A stretch of 64,000 nucleotides of DNA from Candidatus Latescibacterota bacterium (GCA_965200315.1 OZ241362.1:2720001-2784000), one strand, 5' to 3'. Shown: positions 49,732-60,606, numbered from the stretch's first letter. Numbers and translations are program-made. Notes: generated by a model not told the origin, from the letters alone.

Positions 49732-50607
49732 ATGACGAGCCAATCCGTAGTCTTGGGCGTCATTGGCGGGTCGGGGTTGTACCATATAGAAGGGGTCGAA
49801 ACGGTCGCCGAGCACCGGCTAGATACGCCTTTTGGCGCGCCCTCGGACGCCATTGTCGAGGCGCACATCGGCGGGCGCACAGTGCATTTTCTGCCGCGAC
49901 ATGGCCGAGGGCATCGGCTGCTGCCGAGCGAAGTGCCCTCGTGCGCCAATATCCACGCGCTCAAGCAACTCGGTGTGAACCACGTTTTGGCCATAAGTGC
50001 CTGCGGCATCATGCAGGAAGATATCCGGCCTGGGGACATGATCGTACCCGACCAGATTTTTGACCGCACGCGCGGACAACGCCCATCGACGTTTTTCGGC
50101 GCCGGGATCGTCGGACACGTTATGTTTGCCGACCCATTCTGCGAGACGTTGCGGGGCGAGGTCGTCGCGGCGACACAGGCGGCAGGTGCCAACGTCCACG
50201 AGGGCGGCACGTACCTCTGCATGGAGGGGCCGGCCTTTTCCACCCGCGCTGAGTCGCATTTCTACCGCAACGCCGTGGGCGCAGCCGTGATCGGCATGAC
50301 CGCCCTGCCCGAGGCCAAGCTAGCGCACGAGGCGGAAATGTGCTACGCACTGCTGGCGACGGGCACGGACTACGACTGCTGGCACGAGGAAGAGGAAGAC
50401 GTGACCGTCGAGCAAGTGTTAGCGGTGCTGCGAGCCAACAGTGCCTTAGCTAAGCAGATTGTCTCCGAGGTTGCCACGCGCCTGCCGACCGAATCCGCGT
50501 GCCCTTGTTTGCGCGCGGCCGAAAGCGCCATCGTCACCGACCCAGCGGTGATTCCCTTAGAGGCGAAGGAACGGCTCCGGGTGTTCTACGGGAAGTATTG
50601 GGATTAA
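49732..50607 (+). CDS. mtnP: S-methyl-5'-thioadenosine phosphorylase
   Basis: GVIGGSG, RHGRGH, MEGPAFSTRAES, IGMT and TDYDCW motifs. Confidence 0.93.
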   Translation: MTSQSVVLGVIGGSGLYHIEGVETVAEHRLDTPFGAPSDAIVEAHIGGRTVHFLPRHGRGHRLLPSEVPSCANIHALKQLGVNHVLAISACGIMQEDIRPGDMIVPDQIFDRTRGQRPSTFFGAGIVGHVMFADPFCETLRGEVVAATQAAGANVHEGGTYLCMEGPAFSTRAESHFYRNAVGAAVIGMTALPEAKLAHEAEMCYALLATGTDYDCWHEEEEDVTVEQVLAVLRANSALAKQIVSEVATRLPTESACPCLRAAESAIVTDPAVIPLEAKERLRVFYGKYWD

Positions 50608-50627
50608 GCGACAAAAGGACGAATGGC

Positions 50628-51680
50628 ATGGGCACGATAAAAGTGAATTGGACGAGAAAAATCTACGGCGGCGGCCGCGGCTGGCACGTCGGCAGCTTGG
50701 TGCGCTGGAAGGGTGCGTACCACCTATGCTTCGTCGAGGGCAGCGGCCACGGCAGCGGCGATTCGCAAATCCGCGTCTGCTCATCCACAGATCTGGAGAC
50801 TTGGACTAGCCAAATCGCGCTAGGCGCGAAGACTATCGACCCAAACCTGCTGCCCGTGGGCGACCGGCTTCTAGTGTACGGAGTGCGCCTCAGCCGCGAG
50901 GAAGCCGAAGGACAACCCGAGCCTGAGTACGGCTTCACCTCACAGCAAATAGTCGCCGCGACGACAGACGGAAAGACGTGGAGCCAGCCCCGGCGCTGCT
51001 TTGTGATGAACCACGATTTCTGGCATCCGGTGGAGCACGAGGGCCGCTATTGGGTCACCTGCGACACGGTCGGCCATACCCCCCACGCCAGCCACAATTC
51101 AGTCGATTTGCTCGTCTCCGACGACGGGGAACGCTGGCAGTGGGTCAGCGAGATCATCCACGGCACCACGCACCCTGAATACCGCGACTTGACCGGCCTC
51201 GAATTCGGTGTGCAAGCACCGAGCGAAACGTCCCTTTGCTTTGGGGAAGACCAGCGCCTGTTGGCCGTCACTCGCGCCCGCGGCTACTGCGCCCTGCTTT
51301 CTACCGCGCAGCCGCCCTACGACCAATGGGAGCGCACCTTGTCGCAGGAATCGCGCTGCTACGGCTCGGCCATAGCCCAAGTGGGCCGCCACGTACTCGT
51401 TACCGGCCGCAGCTTCAGCAACGAAGGGATTCGCGCCACAGCGGACCAATTCAACGAACCCTTCAGCCCGCACGACCAGACTCAGCTTCGCACCGGAGTT
51501 TTCCTCTACGAAGATGGCGACATTCGGTTGAAAGCCGTGCTGCCCAGCGGCGGCGACACGGGCTACGCCGGCATCTTGCCCATGGGCGACGACCACGCGC
51601 TCATCGCGTATTACTCGACCTACGAATCGCCCGATGGGGAGTCTTGCGTCTATTTGTCTTCCGTAACCATTGAGAAGTGA
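50628..51680 (+). CDS. Sialidase/BNR-like beta-propeller protein
   Basis: Asp-box-like repeats (STDLETW, TTDGKTW, SDDGERW) and LPSGGDTGY. Confidence 0.6.
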   Translation: MGTIKVNWTRKIYGGGRGWHVGSLVRWKGAYHLCFVEGSGHGSGDSQIRVCSSTDLETWTSQIALGAKTIDPNLLPVGDRLLVYGVRLSREEAEGQPEPEYGFTSQQIVAATTDGKTWSQPRRCFVMNHDFWHPVEHEGRYWVTCDTVGHTPHASHNSVDLLVSDDGERWQWVSEIIHGTTHPEYRDLTGLEFGVQAPSETSLCFGEDQRLLAVTRARGYCALLSTAQPPYDQWERTLSQESRCYGSAIAQVGRHVLVTGRSFSNEGIRATADQFNEPFSPHDQTQLRTGVFLYEDGDIRLKAVLPSGGDTGYAGILPMGDDHALIAYYSTYESPDGESCVYLSSVTIEK

Positions 51681-51775
51681 CCATGGGGTAGAACGAACAT
51701 TGGGCAGAGAGAAACCCTCTGCCCAATGTCCGACGATCGGTGTCAGAATGGAGAACAATCAGATGTAAAAGATAC

Positions 51776-51990
51776 TCAGCGCAACTGATTGCTCAGATGA
51801 TTTTTGATTCGGCCCCAGGAGGAGCTCTCCACTGCGGTTGCTCCTGATCCCCCGGCATTGGGGCAGTCTTCGCATTCCAGTAAAATCCAGTCGGGAAACC
51901 CATCTCCCTGTGTGTCATAGGTGAGCGGGTTTTCAGCTCCGGTAAATCTATCCTTCAGCAAGCCGACACGACGGGCGCGGCGCAAAAGGA
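51776..51990 (-). pseudogene. C-terminal remnant of a secreted protein with a TAVE..SWGRIK tail
   Basis: The ORF ends ATAVESSSWGRIKNHLSNQLR. Upstream it runs into a MITE end (AGGATTGCTATAG at 51987-51999). Confidence 0.45.
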
Positions 51991-52072
51991 TTGCTATAGG
52001 AGGCACGGATTGTGACACGGCAGACAACGACACAAGCAGAGCTCGTCCTTCGAGCAAACCGATCCACTCCAG

Positions 52073-52537
52073 TTGCCTTTTCCCGAGGCGATCATCGATC
52101 CTCCATGGCTGGAAAGTCGCAGACAGGCTCAACTAGAGACCGAGTTCGATGTATTTTGCGACTTTGCCTTCTCCGACCAACTCGAAGACAGTGCTATCCG
52201 CTTTCGCAACAAGATCACTGCCGATTCGGGCAAGGACTACAGGCCGAATCACTACGACCACGGCAATGGGATAGCCATTGCCGACGTGGCCGGGGATGGC
52301 CTCTACGATATCTATTTCGTCACCGAGGTTGGCGACAACGAACTGTGGAGAAATCTGGGAGGCGGCAAATTTGAGGATATTACCCAGAGGGCGGGTGTAA
52401 GTCTCTATCCACTCTACTTCGGACTAGGCGATGCCGAAGTAGTCGATCAGATCACCGTGCGCTGGCCGTCCGGGAGGGAACAGATTGTCTCTGGCCCCAT
52501 CGCAACCAACTCGCTGGTTGAAGTAAGAGAACTTTAG
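52073..52537 (+). pseudogene. CRTAC1/FG-GAP-ASPIC/UnbV protein with a large internal deletion
   Basis: The first FG-GAP repeat (GNGIAIADVAGDGLYDIYF...FEDITQRAGV) is joined directly to an ASPIC/UnbV tail (LYFGLG...VRWPSG). Confidence 0.6.
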
Positions 52538-52568
52538 AAGATGTAGACTAACCTTAGGAGGAAGCATT

Positions 52569-53402
52569 ATGAGACTCAAATTGGCCTGTGCCGACTTCAC
52601 TTTTCCGCTTCTGCCCCACGATCACGTCCTCGACTTGATTGCGATGTTAAAGCTCAAGGGAGTGGATATCGGCCTTTTTGAAGATCGCTCTCACTTGCAG
52701 CCATCGCGCGAATTCGAGAATGTGCGGCGCTCGGCCCGCCGGCTGAGGAAAAAACTAGAAGCTAGAGGCCTAGTTGCTGCCGACGTGTTCATGCAGACAG
52801 CACTGGACTTCGAGTCCTACGCCATCAACAATCCCCAAAAGAGGCGTCGAAACAAAGCGTGCGATTGGTTTCTCAAAACCTTAGAGTACGCCCTCGAGTG
52901 CGGTTCCAAGCACGTTAGCGGGCTGCCTGGAGTACACTTCCGCGACGAAAAGCGCGGCGACTCTTGGGCCCGGGCAGTGGACGAGTTGAGCTGGCGGGTG
53001 GAACAGGCTCGCCAGCACCGCATCATCTACGGAATCGAACCCCACATTGGCTCGCTGGCTTCCCATCCTAAGTCGGCGGCTAGGTTGGTGCGGGACGTTC
53101 CGGGATTGACCTTGACCTTGGACTACAGCCATTTCATTCCGCGGGGCATCCCCGAATCCGCGGTGGAGGTCCTGATTCAGCACGCCAGTCACTTCCACGT
53201 CCGCGGGGCGTGCCGGGGCAACGGCCAAGCGAACTTTGAGCGCAATACCTTGGATTTCGGGCGCATATTGGAGGTCATGCACACGAGTGGTTATCGCGGC
53301 TGGCTCGAACTGGAGTACTGCTGGGGGGAGGGCTATGAAGGCTGCGACACGCTGGCGGAGACCATTCGCTTCCGCGACCATTTGCGGGCACTGGCGGCGT
53401 GA
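52569..53402 (+). CDS. Sugar phosphate isomerase/epimerase (TIM barrel)
   Basis: IEPH, LTLDYSH, HFHVR and GWLELEY motifs. Confidence 0.85.
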   Translation: MRLKLACADFTFPLLPHDHVLDLIAMLKLKGVDIGLFEDRSHLQPSREFENVRRSARRLRKKLEARGLVAADVFMQTALDFESYAINNPQKRRRNKACDWFLKTLEYALECGSKHVSGLPGVHFRDEKRGDSWARAVDELSWRVEQARQHRIIYGIEPHIGSLASHPKSAARLVRDVPGLTLTLDYSHFIPRGIPESAVEVLIQHASHFHVRGACRGNGQANFERNTLDFGRILEVMHTSGYRGWLELEYCWGEGYEGCDTLAETIRFRDHLRALAA

Positions 53403-54490
53403 GAATGTTGCCCATGGCGGAACGTTTTAGAATAGCGGTCGTCGGCGTCGGTCGGATTGGTGCCTTTCACGCCCGCCACGTCCAAGAGCTGGCCAGCGAG
53501 CGAGGCGATTGCGCGTTGACAGCCATAGTAGATGGGTACGGCGACTTGGCCTCCGAGGTCGCGGCTCAGCTACAGGCCGGCCAAGAAACGGCGATTGGCG
53601 TTTTCAAAGATGTAGAGGAACTAGTCGCGGCTGATGCGGCCGACGGCGCGTTCATTGCCTCGCGCACTGAAAACCACTACCGCGATGCCCAGACCTTGAT
53701 CGACGCGGGTTGGCGCGTGCTGATGGAAAAGCCGCTGACGCACTCTTTGGCCACTGCGCGGGAGTTCGCCGCCTATCTAGACGCCAGCGATTTTCGTCGC
53801 ACGGCACTGATGCAGGCTTTTATGCGCCGCTTCGACGCACCGCTGTTGTGGGCCAAAGCCCTGTTGGATCAAGGCGCTATCGGCGCGCCGTTCAAGATCG
53901 TCTCGATCCTCGAAGATCCAGTGCCGCCGCCCGAGGGGTACAATAGCTCTGGCATACTCTCGGATATGGCGGTACACAACATCGACGAGATTCTCTGGCT
54001 CGGCGGGCAGCAGCCCGAGCGACTGGCGGGTTTTGGCAGCCTGCTTTACAACCAGCAGCACACGGACGTCAAAGAGGATTTCGACGATGCCCTCTTGCAG
54101 ATGTACTTTCCCGAAAACCTAATCGGCCAAGTGACGGTGAGCCGCAACCACGTGGCTGGGTACCGCAATGAGACGTGGGTTTATGGGACGGAGGGGTTGG
54201 TGCATGTGGGGGCCTTTAATGCCGACCCGCTTATAGTGAAAACCGAGGCATTTGGGCGGCGGGGCTCAATTGAGCAGCGGGAATTCGCCCTGCGCGATTA
54301 CGGCTCAGAAGTGCCGTTTTTTATCGAGCGTTTCGGACCGGCGTACAAGGCCGAGGTGGCCCACTATATCGACCAGTGCCGCGCTGGAGCGCCCTTTGCC
54401 GTTGATCACCGCGACGGGTTGAAGGCGTTGGAGATTGCGATGGTGGGAAGTGGGGCGTTGCAGGGACGCGAAGGAGGCGTAGCGGTGTGA
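53399..54490 (+). CDS. Gfo/Idh/MocA oxidoreductase (inositol 2-dehydrogenase-like)
   Basis: VVGVGRIG, MEKP, FMRRFD and DMAVHNID motifs. The start may be ATG 53405 or 53414. Confidence 0.88.
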   Translation: MRMLPMAERFRIAVVGVGRIGAFHARHVQELASERGDCALTAIVDGYGDLASEVAAQLQAGQETAIGVFKDVEELVAADAADGAFIASRTENHYRDAQTLIDAGWRVLMEKPLTHSLATAREFAAYLDASDFRRTALMQAFMRRFDAPLLWAKALLDQGAIGAPFKIVSILEDPVPPPEGYNSSGILSDMAVHNIDEILWLGGQQPERLAGFGSLLYNQQHTDVKEDFDDALLQMYFPENLIGQVTVSRNHVAGYRNETWVYGTEGLVHVGAFNADPLIVKTEAFGRRGSIEQREFALRDYGSEVPFFIERFGPAYKAEVAHYIDQCRAGAPFAVDHRDGLKALEIAMVGSGALQGREGGVAV

Positions 54491-54544
54491 TGTTGCAGCG
54501 AGCTAATTTTCAGGAAGCTAAGCCATCCGACAGCATTCACAAGC

Positions 54545-54644
54545 CGATCCGCAGGCAGACACAGACAGACACAGACAGACGCAGAATCGTATTCACGAGA
54601 CGATCTACATCTCGAATCGTTCAAATCATTCCGCATTGCTATAG
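54545..54644. repeat. Second copy (inverted) of the 780-893 repeat, with a CAGA(CA) microsatellite-like stretch
   Basis: The reverse complement CTATAGCAATG..AATGATTTGAACGATTCG..GATCGTCTCGTGAATACGATTCTGCGTCTGTCTG matches 798-856. Confidence 0.65.
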
Positions 54645-54659
54645 GTAGGTGGAACGGAC

Positions 54660-55820
54660 GTGAAAGTCGCGAAGGTTGAGACCCTGCGGGCCAGCCGCTT
54701 TATCTACGTGCGGGTCCATACCGACGAGGGCATATCGGGTGTCGGCGAGTTGCACCCCGCAAGCGGGACCAGCGGTACGCCGTTTGCGCCCATGGCGGCG
54801 GTGGATTACTGCGCCGAGTACCTAGTCGGCAAGGATCCTCTCCACATTGAGCGCAACTGGCAGCACATGTTCCGCCGCTGCGTGTTTCGCGGCGGCGCAG
54901 ACGCCATGGCTGCGATTGGTGCAATCGACATCGCGCTGTGGGACATCAAGGGCAAGGTATCCGGGCTACCCGTTCATTCGCTGCTGGGCGGTCCCACTCG
55001 GGAGCGCGTACGCGTGTATTCCCATCTACAGGGCGACTCCCCTGCGGAGTTGGCCGAAGACGCCCGGCGCATGGTCGAGGCCGGTTACACAGCCCTGCGC
55101 CTCTATCCGTTTGGTGCCTTTGGGTCCGGCGAGGGCACAAGCCTAGAGCAACTGTCGTTCCGCGGCATGGCTAAGCACGCTGCGGCTACCCTACAGGCGG
55201 TGCGCGACGCCGTGGGAGACGAGATCGATCTCATGGTGGACGTGGTCAATCGACTCACCCCGCCGGAAGCCATCGAGGTAGCCAAGGCGCTTGAGCCCTA
55301 TGGTTTGTTTTTTTTCGAGGATCCCATTGAGCCGGAGAACATGGATGCGTGGGGTCATGTTGCGGCCAATATGCCGGTGCCCGTAGCCATGGGCGAGCGG
55401 CTCTACACCACCTACCAGTTCCGAGAGTTGCTAGCCCACAAGGGGGCCTCGTACATCCGGCCGGACCTGTCGCTCGCCGGTGGAATCACGAATTGTAAAA
55501 AGATCGCGGTGCTTGCCGAAGCAAGCTACGTGGGAGTCGCTCCGCACAACCCGCTGAGTTGCGTTCTGACCGCGGCGTGTGTGCAACTCGACGCCGCCAT
55601 CCACAACGTCGCCATCCAAGAGTACCCGCGGGACGAGTGGGACATCCCCAAACGGAATCTGGTCGAGATGCCACTGCGGCGCGAGGGCGGTTTCCTGATT
55701 GTTCCGCAGACTCCCGGCATTGGAATTGAACTGAACGACGAAGCGTTCCCGCACTACCCGCCTGAGCCTTATACCCGTTCGCCAGTGATTGGACCCGACG
55801 GCGCCCTGCGGGACTACTGA
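54660..55820 (+). CDS. Mandelate racemase/galactonate dehydratase-like enzyme
   Basis: DIALWDIKGK, FFEDP, MGER, RPD and APHNP motifs. Confidence 0.9.
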   Translation: MKVAKVETLRASRFIYVRVHTDEGISGVGELHPASGTSGTPFAPMAAVDYCAEYLVGKDPLHIERNWQHMFRRCVFRGGADAMAAIGAIDIALWDIKGKVSGLPVHSLLGGPTRERVRVYSHLQGDSPAELAEDARRMVEAGYTALRLYPFGAFGSGEGTSLEQLSFRGMAKHAAATLQAVRDAVGDEIDLMVDVVNRLTPPEAIEVAKALEPYGLFFFEDPIEPENMDAWGHVAANMPVPVAMGERLYTTYQFRELLAHKGASYIRPDLSLAGGITNCKKIAVLAEASYVGVAPHNPLSCVLTAACVQLDAAIHNVAIQEYPRDEWDIPKRNLVEMPLRREGGFLIVPQTPGIGIELNDEAFPHYPPEPYTRSPVIGPDGALRDY

Positions 55821-55837
55821 TTAGAGCCCCTCTGAAC

Positions 55838-56089
55838 GGACTCCTAGGCAGACAGTACTTTAAAGGATCAGACGAGGGCTGGGCTTGGATTGAGGAAGGT
55901 CAGGTAGCTTTGGTTATAGGCGTGTCGATGGATGCCAATAACGACCTGCTGGACTATGCCCGTGACAACACCCTCCAAATCGTAGTTGTGGCTCCAGAAC
56001 GACCGGACTTCATGCATACACAGGACTGGTTTGTCGAGGGGCTTGCCGAGGATGTCTTGCCCGAACTGACAAAGCGGCTCACCCTCTGA
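55838..56089 (+). pseudogene. C-terminal fragment resembling a Sir2-family deacylase
   Basis: VALVIGVSM...IVVVAPE...WFVEGLAEDVLPEL*. It has no N-terminal part and is preceded by an IS-end-like TAGAGCCCCTCTGAA. Confidence 0.35.
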
Positions 56090-57239
56090 TTATGCACTTT
56101 CCTCGACTTGGCGCGCCATCTGCTCCATATAGGCGGCTTGACCCATGAGGTCTTTCTTGTAGTTCCAACGCATCTTTTCCGGGTACATCACTAGGGAGCG
56201 GTCCGCCAAGGGCAGGGGCACTTGGGTGCCGCCCTGCCGGTGCGATTGGCGCAGGGCCACGGCCAACTCCAAGGCATGGCGCAAATCGGCACCGCTGGTG
56301 ATTGCCAAGTCTCCGCCTTCTTCGAGGACGCGGACGATATCCTCGACAATGGCCCGCATCACCGGCCCGGGCTCCTGCCAGCCCTCGTCGTCGTACCCCC
56401 TCTCCTCCTCGGTGTATTGCTCAAACACCCCTTCCACCTCGACCAGAGGGGCCCCTCGACCGCTGTGCTTGAACAGGCGCAAACCCAAGGCCGTATTGTT
56501 CCAATTGCAGATCAGTCCCTCACTGCCCACCACCTCGAGGCCGCGCCAAGTCGGGCCCGGGAAACTGCTGAAGCACTCTAGGCCATTGCCAAAGCGAATG
56601 TACCCGCCCACTCCGCCGAAACCAGCGGCTCCTTCCTCGTAGGGTTCTTCGTGGTCGCTGTGGGGATCGCCCCCGACCTGGCCGACGACCCACTCCGCCG
56701 GTGCCTTGGCGGCGAACTTGCGCGCCAAGTTCAAACCGTGGCAGCCACCTTGGCCGTTGCCGCCGTACAGACAGATTGATGCGCTGCACTTGGCCAATCG
56801 CCCCCTCCGCGGCCAACTCATAGGCCCGGCGGTAATCTGGATGGCTCGACACCATGACGCCCGAGGCCAGATACACGCCCCGCTGCTGGCAGTTCTCCAC
56901 CATGCGGTCGGCAGCGGACAGCCGGGCCGTCAGCGGTTTTTCGCAAAAGATGGCCTTGACCCCGGCCGCGGCCGCGGCCACCACTGCTCCGGCGTTGGCT
57001 CTCACCGGCAGCACTGGCATGGCGATATCGATCGCCTCGCGTGCCAACATCTCCTCGTAGGTGGCGTAGCCGGGCACCCCGAAGCGGCGGCAACCCAACG
57101 CCAGATTTTCCGCATCCGTATCGGCAATGGCCACCACCTTGCACAAGGGATGCACATCAAAGGCCCGGGCTCGGCTGGTGCCGGCCCGTCCGCAGCCAAT
57201 GACGCCGACCCGGTATTTGGCTTCTCGTTTTTCTCGCAT
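56090..57239 (-). pseudogene. Gfo/Idh/MocA oxidoreductase split by a 4-bp duplication frameshift
   Basis: The N-half (GVIGCGRAG, CEKP) and C-half are in different frames. ACAG-ACAG at 56767-56774; removing 4 nt restores RINLYGG and a 381-aa ORF. Confidence 0.8.
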
Positions 57240-57545
57240 GAGGATTCGTCCCAGTTATTGGATTACTTGGGAAAATAGGGGAGTTCGAGACCGGATTGGA
57301 GATGAGTCTCAGGACTTTAGAGCGTCATCACCCAATCCAGAGCCGGCGGTTAAACTCTCCCCGGATGTTCTTCGACGATCCCAAGCCCTTCCTCGACAAT
57401 ATGGATCAGCACCTCTCGCGGCTGGAAGAGATCGACTTTAAATAAAAGAGCCGTGGTTCACTCCATGAGTCAAAGGGCGATTTCGAGGAACAGGACCGCC
57501 GGGCCGCACACAACTTTGGCACCGGGGCGCTGATCCTTCAGGTCC

Positions 57546-59513
57546 TCATTTGATTAGGACCATCTTCTGCACCCGCGAGACTTGGTCAGCCCCTGTCAGC
57601 CTGCACAGGTAAACGCCCGAAGCCCGGTCCGAGGCATCCCACGTCGCGGAGTGACTCCCGCGGCTCTTGGGCTCGCTGAACAGCGTTTCCACTAGCTGCC
57701 CTGTGAGAGAGTGGATCGACAGCGTCACGTGCTGTGGTGCCGAGAGCGTGAAGTGGATCGCGGTGACCGGATTGAAGGGATTCGGGTAGATGCTATCGAG
57801 CCTCGTCTTCTGGGGTGCCACTTGGTCCGAAGCAGCGCTGGTTATCGCTGTCGCCACGTGGCCGGCGACCTCTATGGGCCAGCCCTCCAGCAACTCGTGC
57901 CAAGGTGCGACGGGCAGATTGCCGTCTTGGTCGCGGGCATACCCGAACATGCGCCACTTTCCCCCGCGGGCCTGATCCGACACCCTGAACCGCGCTGTGA
58001 GGTGAATGCGGTCGCGGCCATCGGTTCCCCAAGTCGTCTCTGTGCCGTCGACGTACAGGCTCTCGGTCCCCGTGAGGTCCGTCCAATCCGCTGAACCCTC
58101 TTCCTCCCTCGCGTACACGGACCCGCTAACACCACGAATGAAGTAGCTGTCGCCGGCTGAGAACTCCTCCAGAGCGATGCGGTCGCCGGTGGCGAGGTGC
58201 CCAGAGCTGATGAGCTGGACGCCGATCTCGGCGATGTCATTCGCTCCCTGAGGGTCGACGGCCAGCGCGTGCAGGTCGTACCAAGTGTTGGGCTCGAGGG
58301 TATCGACGCGCTCCTCTGCGCCGGGCAGGGTGACATAAATATGTCCGACGAAAGGACTGGGGCTCGAGTCCGGGAAGGGATGGCGGGGTGCCGAACTCAG
58401 GGCGCTGTTGTACTTGAAGAGCCGGCCATCGACGAACAGGTTGTAGGCCACAAACTTCGTCTCCCCCTCGTAGTCGTAGTCGTCCACCCACAGCAGCCGG
58501 CGCCACGGATCCGTGGCGTTCACGTTGTCCCCTATGTAGATGTTGTGGAGCACGGCTTCGGCGATGTAATTGCCGTTGTGCGTTGGACCGCCGAAGTCCA
58601 GCATCCGGGAGTACCCGCCGACCGAGTAGTCTCCGCAGCCGGGATCGAAGTGGTTCCCGGTAATCTCCAAGCTGCCGCTTTTGAAGGCCATGGGCCGGGT
58701 GCGCTCGAAGATGTTGTCGCGGACCACGGCTCGAATCGCGTACCCGCCTTGGGGATGGGTATCGACGCAGGCCTGCCACTGCTCTAGGTCGTTGTCGTGG
58801 AAGTAGTTGTTCTCCACGGTGAGCCGGGTCTGCGGGCTGTTGGAGGCAATGGAATGGCGGTTAAAGGTGAATTCGTTGCGCGATATGGCGACCTCGGAAC
58901 CGCCGGTGGCCATGGTCGTTCCCGTAATGCTGATCCCATAGCCGAAGCCATTGCGGTAGTTCTCGTGCAGGTAGCTTCTGGTGACCACGCCCCCGCGGGA
59001 GTTCATGAAGTCGATGCCCTTGCGGAAGCGGGTGATCTCGCAGTTGTCGATTTCGAGCTGGTCGTGCCCGACAACGGCGATGCCGTCTCCGGTTCCCGCC
59101 TCGTGAGTAATGGCCCCCACGAGCTTGAGGCGCTCGAAGGTCACGGCGTCGCTCGCCACGTGGAACAGGTTGAGGTCGCTGTCTTCGGTGTAACACACGG
59201 CGGGAGGGGAATCCCAGTATGGCGGGTCATTCGGCTCTCCCGGCTCGACCTCGCCCACGTCCACGAGTTTGGCCGCGCCGAGAAGGGTGATGCTCCTGTC
59301 GATGACGACCGTCTCGGTGAACAGGTACTCTCCCTCTAAAAACACCAGTGTGTCCCCTGCGAAGGCGCTGGACACGGCCTCCTGAACCGCCGCGCTGGTG
59401 AAGCCCTCCACCTGCAGACCTTGGGAGGGAGCCGCGAGGGCTGGCACAAGGGCCACTAGCCACGCACGGACGGCAGCTATCTTTGCCCTAGTCTTCTCGT
59501 TTCTCGTCTCCAT
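57546..59513 (-). CDS. Secreted right-handed beta-helix (pectin lyase-like) protein with C-terminal FlgD/T9SS-type sorting domain
   Basis: Signal peptide, PbH1-like repeats and a YPNPFNP...SGVYLCRL...KMVLIK tail. Confidence 0.75.
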   Translation of the reverse strand: METRNEKTRAKIAAVRAWLVALVPALAAPSQGLQVEGFTSAAVQEAVSSAFAGDTLVFLEGEYLFTETVVIDRSITLLGAAKLVDVGEVEPGEPNDPPYWDSPPAVCYTEDSDLNLFHVASDAVTFERLKLVGAITHEAGTGDGIAVVGHDQLEIDNCEITRFRKGIDFMNSRGGVVTRSYLHENYRNGFGYGISITGTTMATGGSEVAISRNEFTFNRHSIASNSPQTRLTVENNYFHDNDLEQWQACVDTHPQGGYAIRAVVRDNIFERTRPMAFKSGSLEITGNHFDPGCGDYSVGGYSRMLDFGGPTHNGNYIAEAVLHNIYIGDNVNATDPWRRLLWVDDYDYEGETKFVAYNLFVDGRLFKYNSALSSAPRHPFPDSSPSPFVGHIYVTLPGAEERVDTLEPNTWYDLHALAVDPQGANDIAEIGVQLISSGHLATGDRIALEEFSAGDSYFIRGVSGSVYAREEEGSADWTDLTGTESLYVDGTETTWGTDGRDRIHLTARFRVSDQARGGKWRMFGYARDQDGNLPVAPWHELLEGWPIEVAGHVATAITSAASDQVAPQKTRLDSIYPNPFNPVTAIHFTLSAPQHVTLSIHSLTGQLVETLFSEPKSRGSHSATWDASDRASGVYLCRLTGADQVSRVQKMVLIK

Positions 59514-59698
59514 CGCTCGCCAGACCTTGCCTGAAAGCCCGTTGTAGGAATGTCGCCTATGATCCTTATTAGGCCAATGGGTTGTATGACTTCCTCGTCA
59601 ATACCTCTGCAGTGGCCGGGGCCATCAAGTCGTCCTACCCGGATCGGGCGATAGCCATTTGGCAAGGAGCCAAGAGCAAGCGACGGTAAGGAGATTTT

Positions 59699-60238
59699 AT
59701 GACGACGAAAATCAACCAAACGACCCTCGCGCTTGTGCGCGGAGATATTACAAGGGAACGAGTCGATGCGATTGCCAACGCTGCCAACGAGGGACTCATG
59801 GGTGGCGGTGGCGTTGATGGTGCCATTCACCGTGCTGGCGGACCGGCCATCTCAGCGGAATGCAGCGCAATCCGCGCCAAGCAGGGCGGTTGTCCCACGG
59901 GTCAAGCCGTAATCACGACGGGAGGCAACCTTCCCGCAAAGCACGTCATCCACACCGTGGGGCCGATCTGGCGGAGTGGAGACGCTGGTGAAGTCGAACT
60001 GCTCGCTAGCTGTTATCGGGAGAGTTTGGGACTCGCAGTGGAGCACGGCATTAAGACGATTGCATTTCCATCCATTAGCACCGGCGTGTATGGTTATCCA
60101 GTCGCGCAAGCCGCGGTCGTCGCTCTCAATGCGGTGAAGCAATTTCTCAAAGCACACGACGGTCTCGATGACGTGCGTTTCGTCCTCTTCGATGATGCGA
60201 CATACGGGGCTTACGAGAATGCCCTTTTAGCTGTCTGA
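59699..60238 (+). CDS. Macro domain O-acetyl-ADP-ribose deacetylase (YmdB-like)
   Basis: GDIT, NAAN, GGGGVDGAIH, HTVGP and FPSISTGVYG motifs. Confidence 0.92.
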   Translation: MTTKINQTTLALVRGDITRERVDAIANAANEGLMGGGGVDGAIHRAGGPAISAECSAIRAKQGGCPTGQAVITTGGNLPAKHVIHTVGPIWRSGDAGEVELLASCYRESLGLAVEHGIKTIAFPSISTGVYGYPVAQAAVVALNAVKQFLKAHDGLDDVRFVLFDDATYGAYENALLAV

Positions 60239-60324
60239 CTAAAATTTTTATCGTAGGCGAGGTCATCGGCACTGAATCGCCTGGTTGTCGTGAACACCTC
60301 GTTCAGTTCCGTTGCCTGCCGTGA

Positions 60325-60606
60325 GCATTCACGTGCCCCATCTCATCGACGTGGAACATCGCTCACGTGCTCCGCCGTTATGCTCTGCAAGGAACGTTGA
60401 GCTCCACACGCGGAGCACTCGCACTCGACGTCGAACGATATTCGCATGAGCTATTCCTCGACCGAATCTGGCAGCTTCGCGATAACGTGAGCACCTACGA
60501 CGCCGTGTCCGTCTCACTGGCGGAGGCGCTGGGGGCGGTGCTCGTGACCGGCGACAGCCGGCTGCTCGGTGCCCCGGGCCTGACTACCCGCATCGAGCGG
60601 GCATGA
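60325..60606 (+). pseudogene. Degenerate VapC/PIN toxin
   Basis: HVPHLIDVE/(frameshift)AHVLRR...WQLRDNVSTYDAVSVSLAEALGAVLVTGDSRL. The 5' end is missing. Confidence 0.65.

Noticed and set aside
47304-50243. 979-aa version of the helicase and other long N-terminal extensions in the ORF track (e.g. 42336, 39616, 33833, 62547)
   Set aside because: The extensions overlap real genes or repeat elements. Downstream starts with an SD or the family N-terminus fit better.
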